A DNA stretch of 24,000 nt from Brachymonas denitrificans (lineage in GTDB: Bacteria > Pseudomonadota > Gammaproteobacteria > Burkholderiales > Burkholderiaceae_C): NCBI RefSeq assembly GCF_907163135.1, contig NZ_CAJQUA010000002.1, positions 1-24,000 of the forward strand. Direction: 5' to 3'. Under the pieces are notes generated by a model that saw nothing but the letters and a program-made list of their open reading frames with translations, was not told the origin of the DNA and did not search any database. Below are positions 7,395 through 15,920 of this stretch, piece after piece. The position numbers and the translations under genes were made by a program. The stretch's first letter is position 1; each line of letters begins with the position of its first letter.

Positions 7395-7961
7395 ATGGCA
7401 CTGATCGGCTATGCGCGGGTATCGACGGCGGAACAGGACACCGCCTTGCAGACGGATGCGCTACGCAAGGCAGGCTGCGAGCGCGTTTTCGAGGACACGG
7501 CTTCCGGGGCCAAGGCCGACCGCCCCGGCTTGGCTGATGCGCTGGCCTACCTGCGCGACGGCGACGTGCTGGCCGTCTGGCGGCTGGATCGGCTCGGGCG
7601 CTCTATGCCGCACCTAATCGAAACGATAGGCGCGCTGGAAGCGCGAGGCGTCGGCTTCCGTTCTCTGACGGAAGCCATCGACACCACCACGCCAGGCGGG
7701 CGGCTCATCTTCCACGTGTTCGGCGCGCTGGGCCAGTTCGAGCGCGACTTGATCCGCGAGCGCACCAAGGCCGGGTTGACTGCCGCCGCCGCTCGTGGGA
7801 GGAAGGGCGGGCGAAAGCCGGTTGTCACCGCCGACAAGTTGCAGCGAGCGCGGGAGCACATCGCCAACGGGCTTAATGTCCGAGAGGCCGCTACACGGCT
7901 CAAGGTGAGCAAGACGGCCCTGTACACCGCGCTGCAATCCACCAGTGCAGCCGACTCCTGA
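7395..7961 (+). CDS. Serine resolvase (TniR-like position in element A)
   Basis: MALIGYARVSTAEQDTALQTDAL...AVWRLDRLGRS...RERTKAGL...HTH VREAATRLKVSKTALY. ATG 7395 with GAGAGG upstream. The last codons (STSAADS) are encoded by inner IRt-type repeat sequence. Confidence 0.85.
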   Translation: MALIGYARVSTAEQDTALQTDALRKAGCERVFEDTASGAKADRPGLADALAYLRDGDVLAVWRLDRLGRSMPHLIETIGALEARGVGFRSLTEAIDTTTPGGRLIFHVFGALGQFERDLIRERTKAGLTAAAARGRKGGRKPVVTADKLQRAREHIANGLNVREAATRLKVSKTALYTALQSTSAADS

Positions 7962-7967
7962 TATTCC

Positions 7968-7992
7968 GTGCAGTCGTCTTCTGAAAATGACA
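7968..7992 (-). repeat. 25-bp IRt-type terminal repeat (right end of element A)
   Basis: Reverse complement is tgtcattttcagaagacgactgcac, identical to the IRt at 17589-17613. Confidence 0.85.
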
Positions 7993-8025
7993 GCTCACGC
8001 GCAGGTAGATGCGTGCGACTTTCAT
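7993..8025 (-). pseudogene. 11-codon 5' remnant of a serine recombinase gene, cut by the IRt of element A
   Basis: Minus strand reads AGGAGGcccgcATGAAAGTCGCACGCATCTACCTGCGCGTGAGC = MKVARIYLRVS, the canonical resolvase N-terminus up to the catalytic Ser, with a strong SD. Confidence 0.55.
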
Positions 8026-8036
8026 GCGGGCCTCCT

Positions 8037-8064
8037 GGTCATTTTGGGTATAGGGAAAATGACC
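8037..8064. promoter_or_regulatory. 28-bp perfect-arm palindrome, putative res crossover site of the truncated resolvase
   Basis: GGTCATTTT-gggtataggg-AAAATGACC, centre TA|TA, immediately upstream of the remnant ATG at 8025. Confidence 0.5.
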
Positions 8065-8107
8065 ATTGTTTCACGCCTAGCCAAAAAGGGAAGGTTCCCG
8101 GTTCAAA

Positions 8108-8132
8108 TGTCGTTTTCAGAAGACGGCTGCAC
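8108..8132 (+). repeat. IRi of class 1 integron / Tn402
   Basis: tgtcgttttcagaagacggctgcac followed by ctgaacgtcagaagccgactgcactatagcagcggaggggttgg, which I recognise as the 5'-CS outer end. Confidence 0.9.
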
Positions 8133-8309
8133 TGAACGTCAGAAGCCGACTGCACTATAGCAGCGGAGGGGTTGGATCCATCAGGCAACGACGGGCTGCT
8201 GCCGGCCATCAGCGGACGCAGGGAGGACTTTCCGCAACCGGCCGTTCGATGCGGCACCGATGGCCTTCGCGCAGGGGTAGTGAATCCGCCAGGATTGACT
8301 TGCGCTGCC

Positions 8310-8533
8310 CTACCTCTCACTAGTGAGGGGCGGCAGCGCATCAAGCGGTGAGCGCACTCCGGCACCGCCAACTTTCAGCACATGCGTGTAAATCATCGTC
8401 GTAGAGACGTCGGAATGGCCGAGCAGATCCTGCACGGTTCGAATGTCGTAACCGCTGCGGAGCAAGGCCGTCGCGAACGAGTGGCGGAGGGTGTGCGGTG
8501 TGGCGGGCTTCGTGATGCCTGCTTGTTCTACGG
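8310..8533 (-). pseudogene. intI1: intI1 3' fragment (C-terminal ~74 codons) truncated by IS26
   Basis: Translation ...[61 protein letters not shown]. The reading frame runs into the IS26 IR at 8534. Confidence 0.9.
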
Positions 8534-9353
8534 GGCACTGTTGCAAATAGTCGGTGGTGATAAACTTATCATCCCCTTTTGCTGATGGAGCTGCACATGA
8601 ACCCATTCAAAGGCCGGCATTTTCAGCGTGACATCATTCTGTGGGCCGTACGCTGGTACTGCAAATACGGCATCAGTTACCGTGAGCTGCAGGAGATGCT
8701 GGCTGAACGCGGAGTGAATGTCGATCACTCCACGATTTACCGCTGGGTTCAGCGTTATGCGCCTGAAATGGAAAAACGGCTGCGCTGGTACTGGCGTAAC
8801 CCTTCCGATCTTTGCCCGTGGCACATGGATGAAACCTACGTGAAGGTCAATGGCCGCTGGGCGTATCTGTACCGGGCCGTCGACAGCCGGGGCCGCACTG
8901 TCGATTTTTATCTCTCCTCCCGTCGTAACAGCAAAGCTGCATACCGGTTTCTGGGTAAAATCCTCAACAACGTGAAGAAGTGGCAGATCCCGCGATTCAT
9001 CAACACGGATAAAGCGCCCGCCTATGGTCGCGCGCTTGCTCTGCTCAAACGCGAAGGCCGGTGCCCGTCTGACGTTGAACACCGACAGATTAAGTACCGG
9101 AACAACGTGATTGAATGCGATCATGGCAAACTGAAACGGATAATCGGCGCCACGCTGGGATTTAAATCCATGAAGACGGCTTACGCCACCATCAAAGGTA
9201 TTGAGGTGATGCGTGCACTACGCAAAGGCCAGGCCTCAGCATTTTATTATGGTGATCCCCTGGGCGAAATGCGCCTGGTAAGCAGAGTTTTTGAAATGTA
9301 AGGCCTTTGAATAAGACAAAAGGCTGCCTCATCGCTAACTTTGCAACAGTGCC
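8534..9353 (+). mobile_element. IS26 (copy 1), 820 bp
   Basis: Terminal 14-bp IRs GGCACTGTTGCAAA (8534) and TTTGCAACAGTGCC (ends 9353). Encodes Tnp26. Confidence 0.97.
8597..9301 (+). CDS. tnp26: IS26 transposase Tnp26
   Basis: [60 protein letters not shown]..., 234 aa. Confidence 0.95.
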
Positions 9354-9622
9354 TAAAATAAGCCTTATATCCAAGCATAAAACAAGGTTGTCTAGACTTC
9401 TTTTAACAGTAAAGTTATCATAAAACTGAATTTTATTTTTTAGGTAAGTTTATGCATTCTATCCGCATTCGTTAAGACACAACTATTTGCATAGTGACAC
9501 TATTTTATAATGGTGGGCTTTTGTTGTGTCTTTAAGAATATATGCGGATATATAAAGTAAAAGTATGCTTAATTTATAAGTATGCTTTTAGTGCATAGTT
9601 TCCAGTTATAACTTAATTGACT

Positions 9623-9661
9623 AGCTATTTGTCCACCCTGTGGATGAATAGCTTTTTTTTT
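9623..9661 (+). terminator. Hairpin plus T9 tract upstream of msr(E) (terminator/attenuator)
   Basis: AGCTATTtgTCCAccctgTGGAtgAATAGCT followed by TTTTTTTTT. Confidence 0.5.
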
Positions 9662-9662
9662 G

Positions 9663-9741
9663 GGAGGACACTGTGATGCTAGCTTTTGTTTTCACCTAAA
9701 TCCTGTTTGCTGCATAAAAAATTTCAAGAGCTAAACAGGAG
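9663..9741 (+). promoter_or_regulatory. Candidate msr(E) leader peptide plus SD-sequestering hairpin
   Basis: GGAGGA-n7-ATG CTA GCT TTT GTT TTC ACC TAA (MLAFVFT, 9676-9699). Then TCCTGTTTGCT (9701-9711) can pair with AGCTAAACAGGA (9729-9740), which contains the msr(E) SD AGGAG (9737-9741). Confidence 0.35.
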
Positions 9742-9750
9742 TAAATAAAA

Positions 9751-11226
9751 ATGAGTTTAATTATTAAAGCGAGAAACATACGCTTGGATTATGCTGGGCG
9801 TGATGTTTTGGATATTGATGAATTGGAAATTCACTCTTATGACCGTATTGGTCTTGTGGGTGATAACGGAGCAGGAAAGAGTAGTTTACTCAAAGTACTT
9901 AATGGCGAAATTGTTTTAGCCGAAGCGACATTACAGCGTTTTGGTGATTTTGCACATATCAGCCAACTGGGCGGAATCGAAATAGAAACGGTCGAAGACC
10001 GGGCAATGTTATCTCGCCTTGGTGTTTCCAATGTACAAAACGACACAATGAGTGGCGGAGAGGAAACTCGTGCAAAAATTGCTGCCGCATTTTCCCAACA
10101 AGTACATGGCATTCTAGCGGATGAACCAACCAGCCACCTTGATCTCAATGGAATAGATCTACTTATTGGTCAACTTAAAGCATTTGATGGAGCATTACTT
10201 GTTATCAGTCATGACCGATATTTTCTTGATATGGTTGTAGACAAGATATGGGAGTTAAAAGACGGTAAAATTACGGAATATTGGGGTGGTTACTCGGATT
10301 ACTTGCGTCAAAAAGAAGAAGAGCGACAACACCAAGCCGTAGAATATGAGCTGATGATGAAGGAACGGGAGCGATTAGAATCTGCTGTGCAAGAAAAACG
10401 CCAGCAAGCTAATCGATTAGACAATAAGAAAAAAGGAGAAAAATCCAAAAACTCTACCGAAAGTGCTGGACGACTTGGGCATGCAAAAATGACTGGCACC
10501 AAGCAAAGAAAACTGTATCAGGCAGCTAAGAGTATGGAAAAGCGTTTGGCTGCATTAGAAGATATTCAAGCACCAGAGCATTTGCGTTCTATTCGTTTTC
10601 GTCAAAGTTCAGCCCTAGAACTGCACAATAAGTTCCCGATTACGGCAGATGGTCTGAGCTTAAAATTTGGTAGCCGTACTATCTTTGATGACGCTAACTT
10701 TATAATACCGCTTGGCGCTAAAGTCGCTATAACTGGATCGAATGGAACAGGGAAAACGTCCTTGTTAAAAATGATATCAGAACGTGCTGATGGATTAACC
10801 ATATCTCCAAAAGCTGAAATTGGCTACTTTACACAAACAGGATATAAATTTAACACGCATAAATCTGTGCTCTCCTTTATGCAGGAAGAGTGCGAGTACA
10901 CAGTTGCGGAAATTCGTGCAGTATTGGCTTCAATGGGGATCGGAGCGAATGATATTCAAAAAAACTTATCCGACTTATCGGGAGGTGAAATCATCAAACT
11001 GCTTTTATCCAAAATGCTTTTAGGAAAATATAATATTTTGCTTATGGATGAACCAGGAAACTATCTTGACCTAAAAAGTATTGCCGCATTAGAAACAATG
11101 ATGAAGTCCTATGCAGGAACTATTATCTTCGTATCTCATGACAAGCAATTGGTCGATAATATTGCTGACATTATCTACGAGATCAAAGACCACAAAATCA
11201 TCAAGACTTTTGAGAGAGATTGTTAA
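9751..11226 (+). CDS. msr(E): ABC-F ribosomal protection protein Msr(E) (macrolide/streptogramin B resistance)
   Basis: 491 aa. Two ABC cassettes ([10 protein letters not shown] and [10 protein letters not shown] Walker A; LSGGE signatures) with a charged inter-domain linker. Sequence recognised as Msr(E). Low-GC context. Confidence 0.93.
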   Translation: MSLIIKARNIRLDYAGRDVLDIDELEIHSYDRIGLVGDNGAGKSSLLKVLNGEIVLAEATLQRFGDFAHISQLGGIEIETVEDRAMLSRLGVSNVQNDTMSGGEETRAKIAAAFSQQVHGILADEPTSHLDLNGIDLLIGQLKAFDGALLVISHDRYFLDMVVDKIWELKDGKITEYWGGYSDYLRQKEEERQHQAVEYELMMKERERLESAVQEKRQQANRLDNKKKGEKSKNSTESAGRLGHAKMTGTKQRKLYQAAKSMEKRLAALEDIQAPEHLRSIRFRQSSALELHNKFPITADGLSLKFGSRTIFDDANFIIPLGAKVAITGSNGTGKTSLLKMISERADGLTISPKAEIGYFTQTGYKFNTHKSVLSFMQEECEYTVAEIRAVLASMGIGANDIQKNLSDLSGGEIIKLLLSKMLLGKYNILLMDEPGNYLDLKSIAALETMMKSYAGTIIFVSHDKQLVDNIADIIYEIKDHKIIKTFERDC

Positions 11227-11281
11227 TGATAGCCAATCTAATCCGAACATTAATTATTGAACTCTTTAAAGGAAATTAAAA

Positions 11282-12166
11282 ATGACAATTCAAGATATTC
11301 AATCACTTGCTGAAGCACACGGCTTGTTGCTTACGGACAAAATGAATTTCAATGAAATGGGCATTGATTTTAAGGTCGTTTTTGCTCTTGATACAAAGGG
11401 GCAACAATGGTTGCTGCGTATTCCTCGTCGTGATGGCATGAGGGAACAAATCAAGAAAGAAAAACGCATTTTAGAATTGGTAAAAAAACATCTTTCTGTA
11501 GAGGTTCCTGATTGGAGAATTTCATCTACAGAATTAGTGGCTTATCCCATACTTAAAGATAATCCTGTTTTAAATTTGGATGCTGAAACCTATGAAATAA
11601 TTTGGAATATGGACAAAGATAGCCCGAAATACATAACATCTTTGGCAAAAACCTTATTTGAAATCCATAGTATTCCTGAAAAAGAAGTTCGGGAAAATGA
11701 TTTGAAAATTATGAAACCTTCAGATTTAAGACCTGAAATAGCAAACAATTTGCAGTTAGTAAAATCTGAAATTGGTATAAGTGAGCAATTGGAAACCCGC
11801 TACAGAAAATGGTTGGATAATGATGTTCTATGGGCAGATTTCACCCAATTTATACATGGCGATTTATATGCTGGGCATGTACTAGCTTCAAAGGATGGAG
11901 CTGTTTCAGGCGTTATTGATTGGTCAACAGCCCATATAGATGACCCAGCGATTGATTTTGCTGGGCATGTAACTTTGTTTGGAGAAGAAAGCCTCAAAAC
12001 TCTAATCATCGAGTATGAAAAACTAGGGGGTAAAGTTTGGAATAAACTATATGAACAGACTTTAGAAAGAGCAGCGGCCTCTCCTTTGATGTATGGTTTA
12101 TTTGCCTTAGAAACTCAAAATGAAAGCCTTATCGTTGGAGCAAAAGCTCAGTTGGGAGTTATATAA
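11282..12166 (+). CDS. mph(E): Macrolide 2'-phosphotransferase Mph(E)
   Basis: 294 aa, APH-fold motifs (FIHGDLYAGHVL, IDWSTAHIDDPAIDFA). Lies 55 bp downstream of msr(E), as in the known msr(E)-mph(E) operon. Confidence 0.93.
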   Translation: MTIQDIQSLAEAHGLLLTDKMNFNEMGIDFKVVFALDTKGQQWLLRIPRRDGMREQIKKEKRILELVKKHLSVEVPDWRISSTELVAYPILKDNPVLNLDAETYEIIWNMDKDSPKYITSLAKTLFEIHSIPEKEVRENDLKIMKPSDLRPEIANNLQLVKSEIGISEQLETRYRKWLDNDVLWADFTQFIHGDLYAGHVLASKDGAVSGVIDWSTAHIDDPAIDFAGHVTLFGEESLKTLIIEYEKLGGKVWNKLYEQTLERAAASPLMYGLFALETQNESLIVGAKAQLGVI

Positions 12167-12244
12167 TTTAAAAATATGATTGCTGAGAACTGCCTTGTTT
12201 TGAAACTTGGTTGGCTTTAATTAGTTTTTAGTATTCTTTATAGA

Positions 12245-12268
12245 AAATGCCTCGATCAAGGGGCATTT
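12245..12268. terminator. Hairpin between convergent mph(E) and the GIY-YIG gene
   Basis: AAATGCC-tcgatcaag-GGGCATTT. Short T runs on both strands. Confidence 0.35.
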
Positions 12269-12277
12269 CTAACAATC

Positions 12278-12305
12278 ATTTAACATAAAATTTCTTATGC
12301 GAAAT
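12278..12305. other. pdif-type XerD/XerC recombination site (Acinetobacter dif-module boundary)
   Basis: ATTTAACATAA-aatttc-TTATGCGAAAT is the reverse complement of the XerD arm TTATGTTAAAT, a 6-bp spacer, then the reverse complement of the XerC arm ATTTCGCATAA. Confidence 0.7.
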
Positions 12306-12736
12306 TACATACCAACTTTAACCACATTGTGGACAGGTTGGATTTTAGAGATAAGAAAAACTTCTAGGGCATTTGCTAAATAAGCCGTATCACGCTCAAA
12401 GCCTATTGTAATGATGGATCCAGCATCTTTCAGTCTTGGATCTATCGCAATATATTCAGTTTTATCTTCATTCCATCGGCAATATTTCATTACCCTGGCG
12501 CTTAAGCCATTACCACGATAACGGCCAGCACCTCTAGAAGTCCCAACACCGATATAAGTCACTAAATCCCCTTTGACAAACGCATATACACCTTGTTTAT
12601 CGTAATTAGGAATTTTTCCAAAATTAAAATGTACTGGTGACCATTCAGGAGGCTTTCCTAATAGGTCTACATTCCAGTGATGTTCGAAGAATAATTCTGT
12701 ATTACGTATTAACTTATTAAGTGTTGGATCTTCCAC
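12305..12736 (-). CDS. GIY-YIG nuclease-domain protein
   Basis: 143 aa with GVYAFVKGDLVTYIGVG (GIY-x9-YIG), downstream Arg residues, and E...N (GFERD...ISKIQPVHN). Confidence 0.65.
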   Translation of the reverse strand: MEDPTLNKLIRNTELFFEHHWNVDLLGKPPEWSPVHFNFGKIPNYDKQGVYAFVKGDLVTYIGVGTSRGAGRYRGNGLSARVMKYCRWNEDKTEYIAIDPRLKDAGSIITIGFERDTAYLANALEVFLISKIQPVHNVVKVGM

Positions 12737-12753
12737 TACTTATCCCTCAAAAT

Positions 12754-13083
12754 TTATAAATTAAAAAGCTTTCGGTCACGCTCATCTGTTAAATACTTAT
12801 CCATCTGAGCAATTAATTTAGCTCTGGCTTGTTCATCATCTTCAGTGATCTTTAGCATACAGGATCCAATTAAAATTTTGCGTCTGGTATCATCCTTTCG
12901 AGCTTGTTCTTTCTCTTTAGCACGTTCTCTTGCCAGTGCTGCCTGTCTTTGAGCCTTTAACTGCTTTAGCTTTTCTTCCTGTGCTTTGATTTTGCTGTCT
13001 AGTGTTTCAGTAACGCTCATTAATCCAATACCATCATCCTGGGAAACCATCCCTAACATAAGCGCACTTGAATATGCATTCAA
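12754..13083 (-). CDS. TraD-like small coiled-coil relaxosome accessory protein (start uncertain)
   Basis: ...RERAKEKEQARKDDTRRKILIGSCMLK...DERDRKLFNL matches my memory of Ti-plasmid-type TraD (DTRRKIxxG ... LF.L). The track start 13083 is a TTG; ATG alternatives at 13059, 13050 and 13020. Confidence 0.55.
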   Translation of the reverse strand: MNAYSSALMLGMVSQDDGIGLMSVTETLDSKIKAQEEKLKQLKAQRQAALARERAKEKEQARKDDTRRKILIGSCMLKITEDDEQARAKLIAQMDKYLTDERDRKLFNL

Positions 13084-13249
13084 GGTGCTATATGTATAGT
13101 AATGTTTTCCTCGAAGAGCACGCCTAGCGCGACCGCAACCAAGCGTCGAAAAAGTATACGCTCGTCACCCGCCGTCTCCTGTGCTGAGAGTCTCAGGCCG
13201 ATCGGCCGGCAGGGCTCAATGTCAGCAAACGCGTGATGAGCGGTGGCCT

Positions 13250-13528
13250 TCAACAGTGATAAGGCGGCACCAGAGAAAAATCACTCAGGGTCAATGCCAG
13301 CGCTTCGTTAATACAGATGTAGGTGTTCCACAGGGTAGCCAGCAGCATCCTGCGATGCAGATCCGGAACATAATGGTGCAGGGCGCTGACTTCCGGTGCC
13401 AGCAGATATTTTGGCAGTTTGCCTTGGATCAGAGCCATCTGACGCAGGGCTAGTGCAGCCGGATAGTCAATAGCTACCGGCAGCGGTGCGGACTGTTGTA
13501 ACTCAGAATAAGAAATGAGGCCGCTCAT
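13250..13528 (-). pseudogene. N-terminal fragment of a recombinase-like ORF from the pSC101-type tet(C) flank
   Basis: The DNA from about 13290 rightward matches my memory of the pSC101/pBR322 sequence downstream of tet. The ORF ends abruptly near the junction with the low-GC segment. Confidence 0.35.
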
Positions 13529-13977
13529 GGCGTTGACTCTCAGTCATAGTATCGTGGTATCACCGGTTGGTTCCACTCTCTGTTGCGGGCAACTTCAGCA
13601 GCACGTAGGGGACTTCCGCGTTTCCAGACTTTACGAAACACGGAAACCGAAGACCATTCATGTTGTTGCTCAGGTCGCAGACGTTTTGCAGCAGCAGTCG
13701 CTTCACGTTCGCTCGCGTATCGGTGATTCATTCTGCTAACCAGTAAGGCAACCCCGCCAGCCTAGCCGGGTCCTCAACGACAGGAGCACGATCATGCGCA
13801 CCCGTGGCCAGGACCCAACGCTGCCCGAGATGCGCCGCGTGCGGCTGCTGGAGATGGCGGACGCGATGGATATGTTCTGCCAAGGGTTGGTTTGCGCATT
13901 CACAGTTCTCCGCAAGAATTGATTGGCTCCAATTCTTGGAGTGGTGAATCCGTTAGCGAGGTGCCGCCGGCTTCCAT

Positions 13978-15168
13978 TCAGGTCGAGGTGGCCCGGCTCC
14001 ATGCACCGCGACGCAACGCGGGGAGGCAGACAAGGTATAGGGCGGCGCCTACAATCCATGCCAACCCGTTCCATGTGCTCGCCGAGGCGGCATAAATCGC
14101 CGTGAAGATCAGCGGTCCAATGATCGAAGTTAGGCTGGTAAGAGCCGCGAGCGATCCTTGAAGCTGTCCCTGATGGTCGTCATCTACCTGCCTGGACAGC
14201 ATGGCCTGCAACGCGGGCATCCCGATGCCGCCGGAAGCGAGAAGAATCATAATGGGGAAGGCCATCCAGCCTCGCGTCGCGAACGCCAGCAAGACGTAGC
14301 CCAGCGCGTCGGCCGCCATGCCGGCGATAATGGCCTGCTTCTCGCCGAAACGTTTGGTGGCGGGACCAGTGACGAAGGCTTGAGCGAGGGCGTGCAAGAT
14401 TCCGAATACCGCAAGCGACAGGCCGATCATCGTCGCGCTCCAGCGAAAGCGGTCCTCGCCGAAAATGACCCAGAGCGCTGCCGGCACCTGTCCTACGAGT
14501 TGCATGATAAAGAAGACAGTCATAAGTGCGGCGACGATAGTCATGCCCCGCGCCCACCGGAAGGAGCTGACTGGGTTGAAGGCTCTCAAGGGCATCGGTC
14601 GACGCTCTCCCTTATGCGACTCCTGCATTAGGAAGCAGCCCAGTAGTAGGTTGAGGCCGTTGAGCACCGCCGCCGCAAGGAATGGTGCATGCAAGGAGAT
14701 GGCGCCCAACAGTCCCCCGGCCACGGGGCCTGCCACCATACCCACGCCGAAACAAGCGCTCATGAGCCCGAAGTGGCGAGCCCGATCTTCCCCATCGGTG
14801 ATGTCGGCGATATAGGCGCCAGCAACCGCACCTGTGGCGCCGGTGATGCCGGCCACGATGCGTCCGGCGTAGAGGATCCACAGGACGGGTGTGGTCGCCA
14901 TGATCGCGTAGTCGATAGTGGCTCCAAGTAGCGAAGCGAGCAGGACTGGGCGGCGGCCAAAGCGGTCGGACAGTGCTCCGAGAACGGGTGCGCATAGAAA
15001 TTGCATCAACGCATATAGCGCTAGCAGCACGCCATAGTGACTGGCGATGCTGTCGGAATGGACGATATCCCGCAAGAGGCCCGGCAGTACCGGCATAACC
15101 AAGCCTATGCCTACAGCATCCAGGGTGACGGTGCCGAGGATGACGATGAGCGCATTGTTAGATTTCAT
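13978..15168 (-). CDS. tet(C): Tetracycline efflux MFS transporter TetA(C)
   Basis: 396 aa, MKSNNALIVILGTVTLDAVGIGLVMPVLPGLLRDIVHSDSIASHYGVLLALYALMQF..., recognised as the pBR322/pSC101 Tet protein. Confidence 0.95.
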   Translation of the reverse strand: MKSNNALIVILGTVTLDAVGIGLVMPVLPGLLRDIVHSDSIASHYGVLLALYALMQFLCAPVLGALSDRFGRRPVLLASLLGATIDYAIMATTPVLWILYAGRIVAGITGATGAVAGAYIADITDGEDRARHFGLMSACFGVGMVAGPVAGGLLGAISLHAPFLAAAVLNGLNLLLGCFLMQESHKGERRPMPLRAFNPVSSFRWARGMTIVAALMTVFFIMQLVGQVPAALWVIFGEDRFRWSATMIGLSLAVFGILHALAQAFVTGPATKRFGEKQAIIAGMAADALGYVLLAFATRGWMAFPIMILLASGGIGMPALQAMLSRQVDDDHQGQLQGSLAALTSLTSIIGPLIFTAIYAASASTWNGLAWIVGAALYLVCLPALRRGAWSRATST

Positions 15169-15260
15169 ACACGGTGCCTGACTGCGTTAGCAATTTAACT
15201 GTGATAAACTACCGCATTAAAGCTTATCGATGATAAGCTGTCAAACATGAGAATTCGCGA
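15169..15260. promoter_or_regulatory. Divergent tet(C)/tetR(C) promoter-operator region
   Basis: ttaactgtgataaactaccgcattaAAGCTTATCGATGATAAGCTgtcaaacatgag contains a 19-bp operator-like palindrome at 15221-15239. Corresponds to the pBR322 tet promoter region. Confidence 0.8.
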
Positions 15261-15920
15261 ATGAACAAGCTCCAACGCGAGGCCGTGATCCGAACCGCGC
15301 TCGAACTGCTTAACGACGTGGGCATGGAAGGTCTAACGACGCGCCGACTGGCTGAGCGCCTCGGGGTGCAACAGCCAGCGCTCTACTGGCATTTCAAGAA
15401 CAAGCGTGCGTTGCTCGACGCACTTGCCGAAGCCATGCTGACGATAAATCACACGCATTCGACGCCAAGGGATGACGACGACTGGCGTTCGTTCCTGAAG
15501 GGCAATGCATGCAGTTTTCGACGGGCGTTGCTCGCTTATCGCGATGGCGCGCGTATTCATGCCGGGACGCGGCCAGCCGCGCCGCAGATGGAAAAAGCCG
15601 ACGCGCAGCTTCGCTTCCTTTGCGATGCTGGCTTTTCGGCAGGTGACGCGACCTATGCGTTGATGGCAATCAGCTACTTCACCGTCGGCGCTGTTCTTGA
15701 GCAGCAAGCTAGCGAGGCAGACGCCGAGGAGCGGGGCGAAGATCAGTTGACCACCTCAGCGTCTACGATGCCGGCGCGCCTACAGAGCGCGATGAAAATC
15801 GTCTACGAAGGCGGTCCGGACGCGGCATTCGAGCGAGGCCTGGCTCTCATCATCGGCGGTCTTGAAAAAATGAGGCTCACTACGAACGACATTGAGGTGC
15901 TGAAGAATGTTGACGAATGA
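15261..15920 (+). CDS. tetR(C): Tetracycline repressor TetR(C)
   Basis: 219 aa. TetR HTH LTTRRLAERLGVQQPALYWHFKNKRALLDAL. Divergent from tet(C). Confidence 0.92.
   Translation: MNKLQREAVIRTALELLNDVGMEGLTTRRLAERLGVQQPALYWHFKNKRALLDALAEAMLTINHTHSTPRDDDDWRSFLKGNACSFRRALLAYRDGARIHAGTRPAAPQMEKADAQLRFLCDAGFSAGDATYALMAISYFTVGAVLEQQASEADAEERGEDQLTTSASTMPARLQSAMKIVYEGGPDAAFERGLALIIGGLEKMRLTTNDIEVLKNVDE

Larger units (their letters stand above)
5848..7992 (+). mobile_element. Element A: tniABQ-less Tn5053/Tn402-family derivative carrying orf183-vapC-vapB and a resolvase
   Basis: Bounded by inverted 25-bp IRs (tgtcgttttcagaaggcgactgcac at the left end; the right end is the reverse complement of tgtcattttcagaagacgactgcac). 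Inner TniA-box-like repeats occur at both ends. No transposase-sized ORF lies inside. Confidence 0.6.

Noticed and set aside
8133-8309. attI1, the Pc promoter or gene cassettes next to intI1
   Set aside because: This stretch is the IRi-proximal side, downstream of the intI1 stop. The attI1/Pc side of intI1 has been removed by IS26, and I saw no attC-like sites anywhere.
8528-9124. 198-aa (and 229-aa at 16591-17280) minus-strand ORFs inside IS26
   Set aside because: This is the known antisense open frame of IS26. The element encodes only Tnp26 on the other strand.
13540-13731. 63-aa minus-strand ORF downstream of tet(C)
   Set aside because: I recognise no motif. It lies in pSC101-derived flanking DNA, and I cannot support it as a gene.
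14158-14995. Several 80-157-aa ORFs on both strands within tet(C)
   Set aside because: They overlap the full-length, recognisable TetA(C) reading frame.
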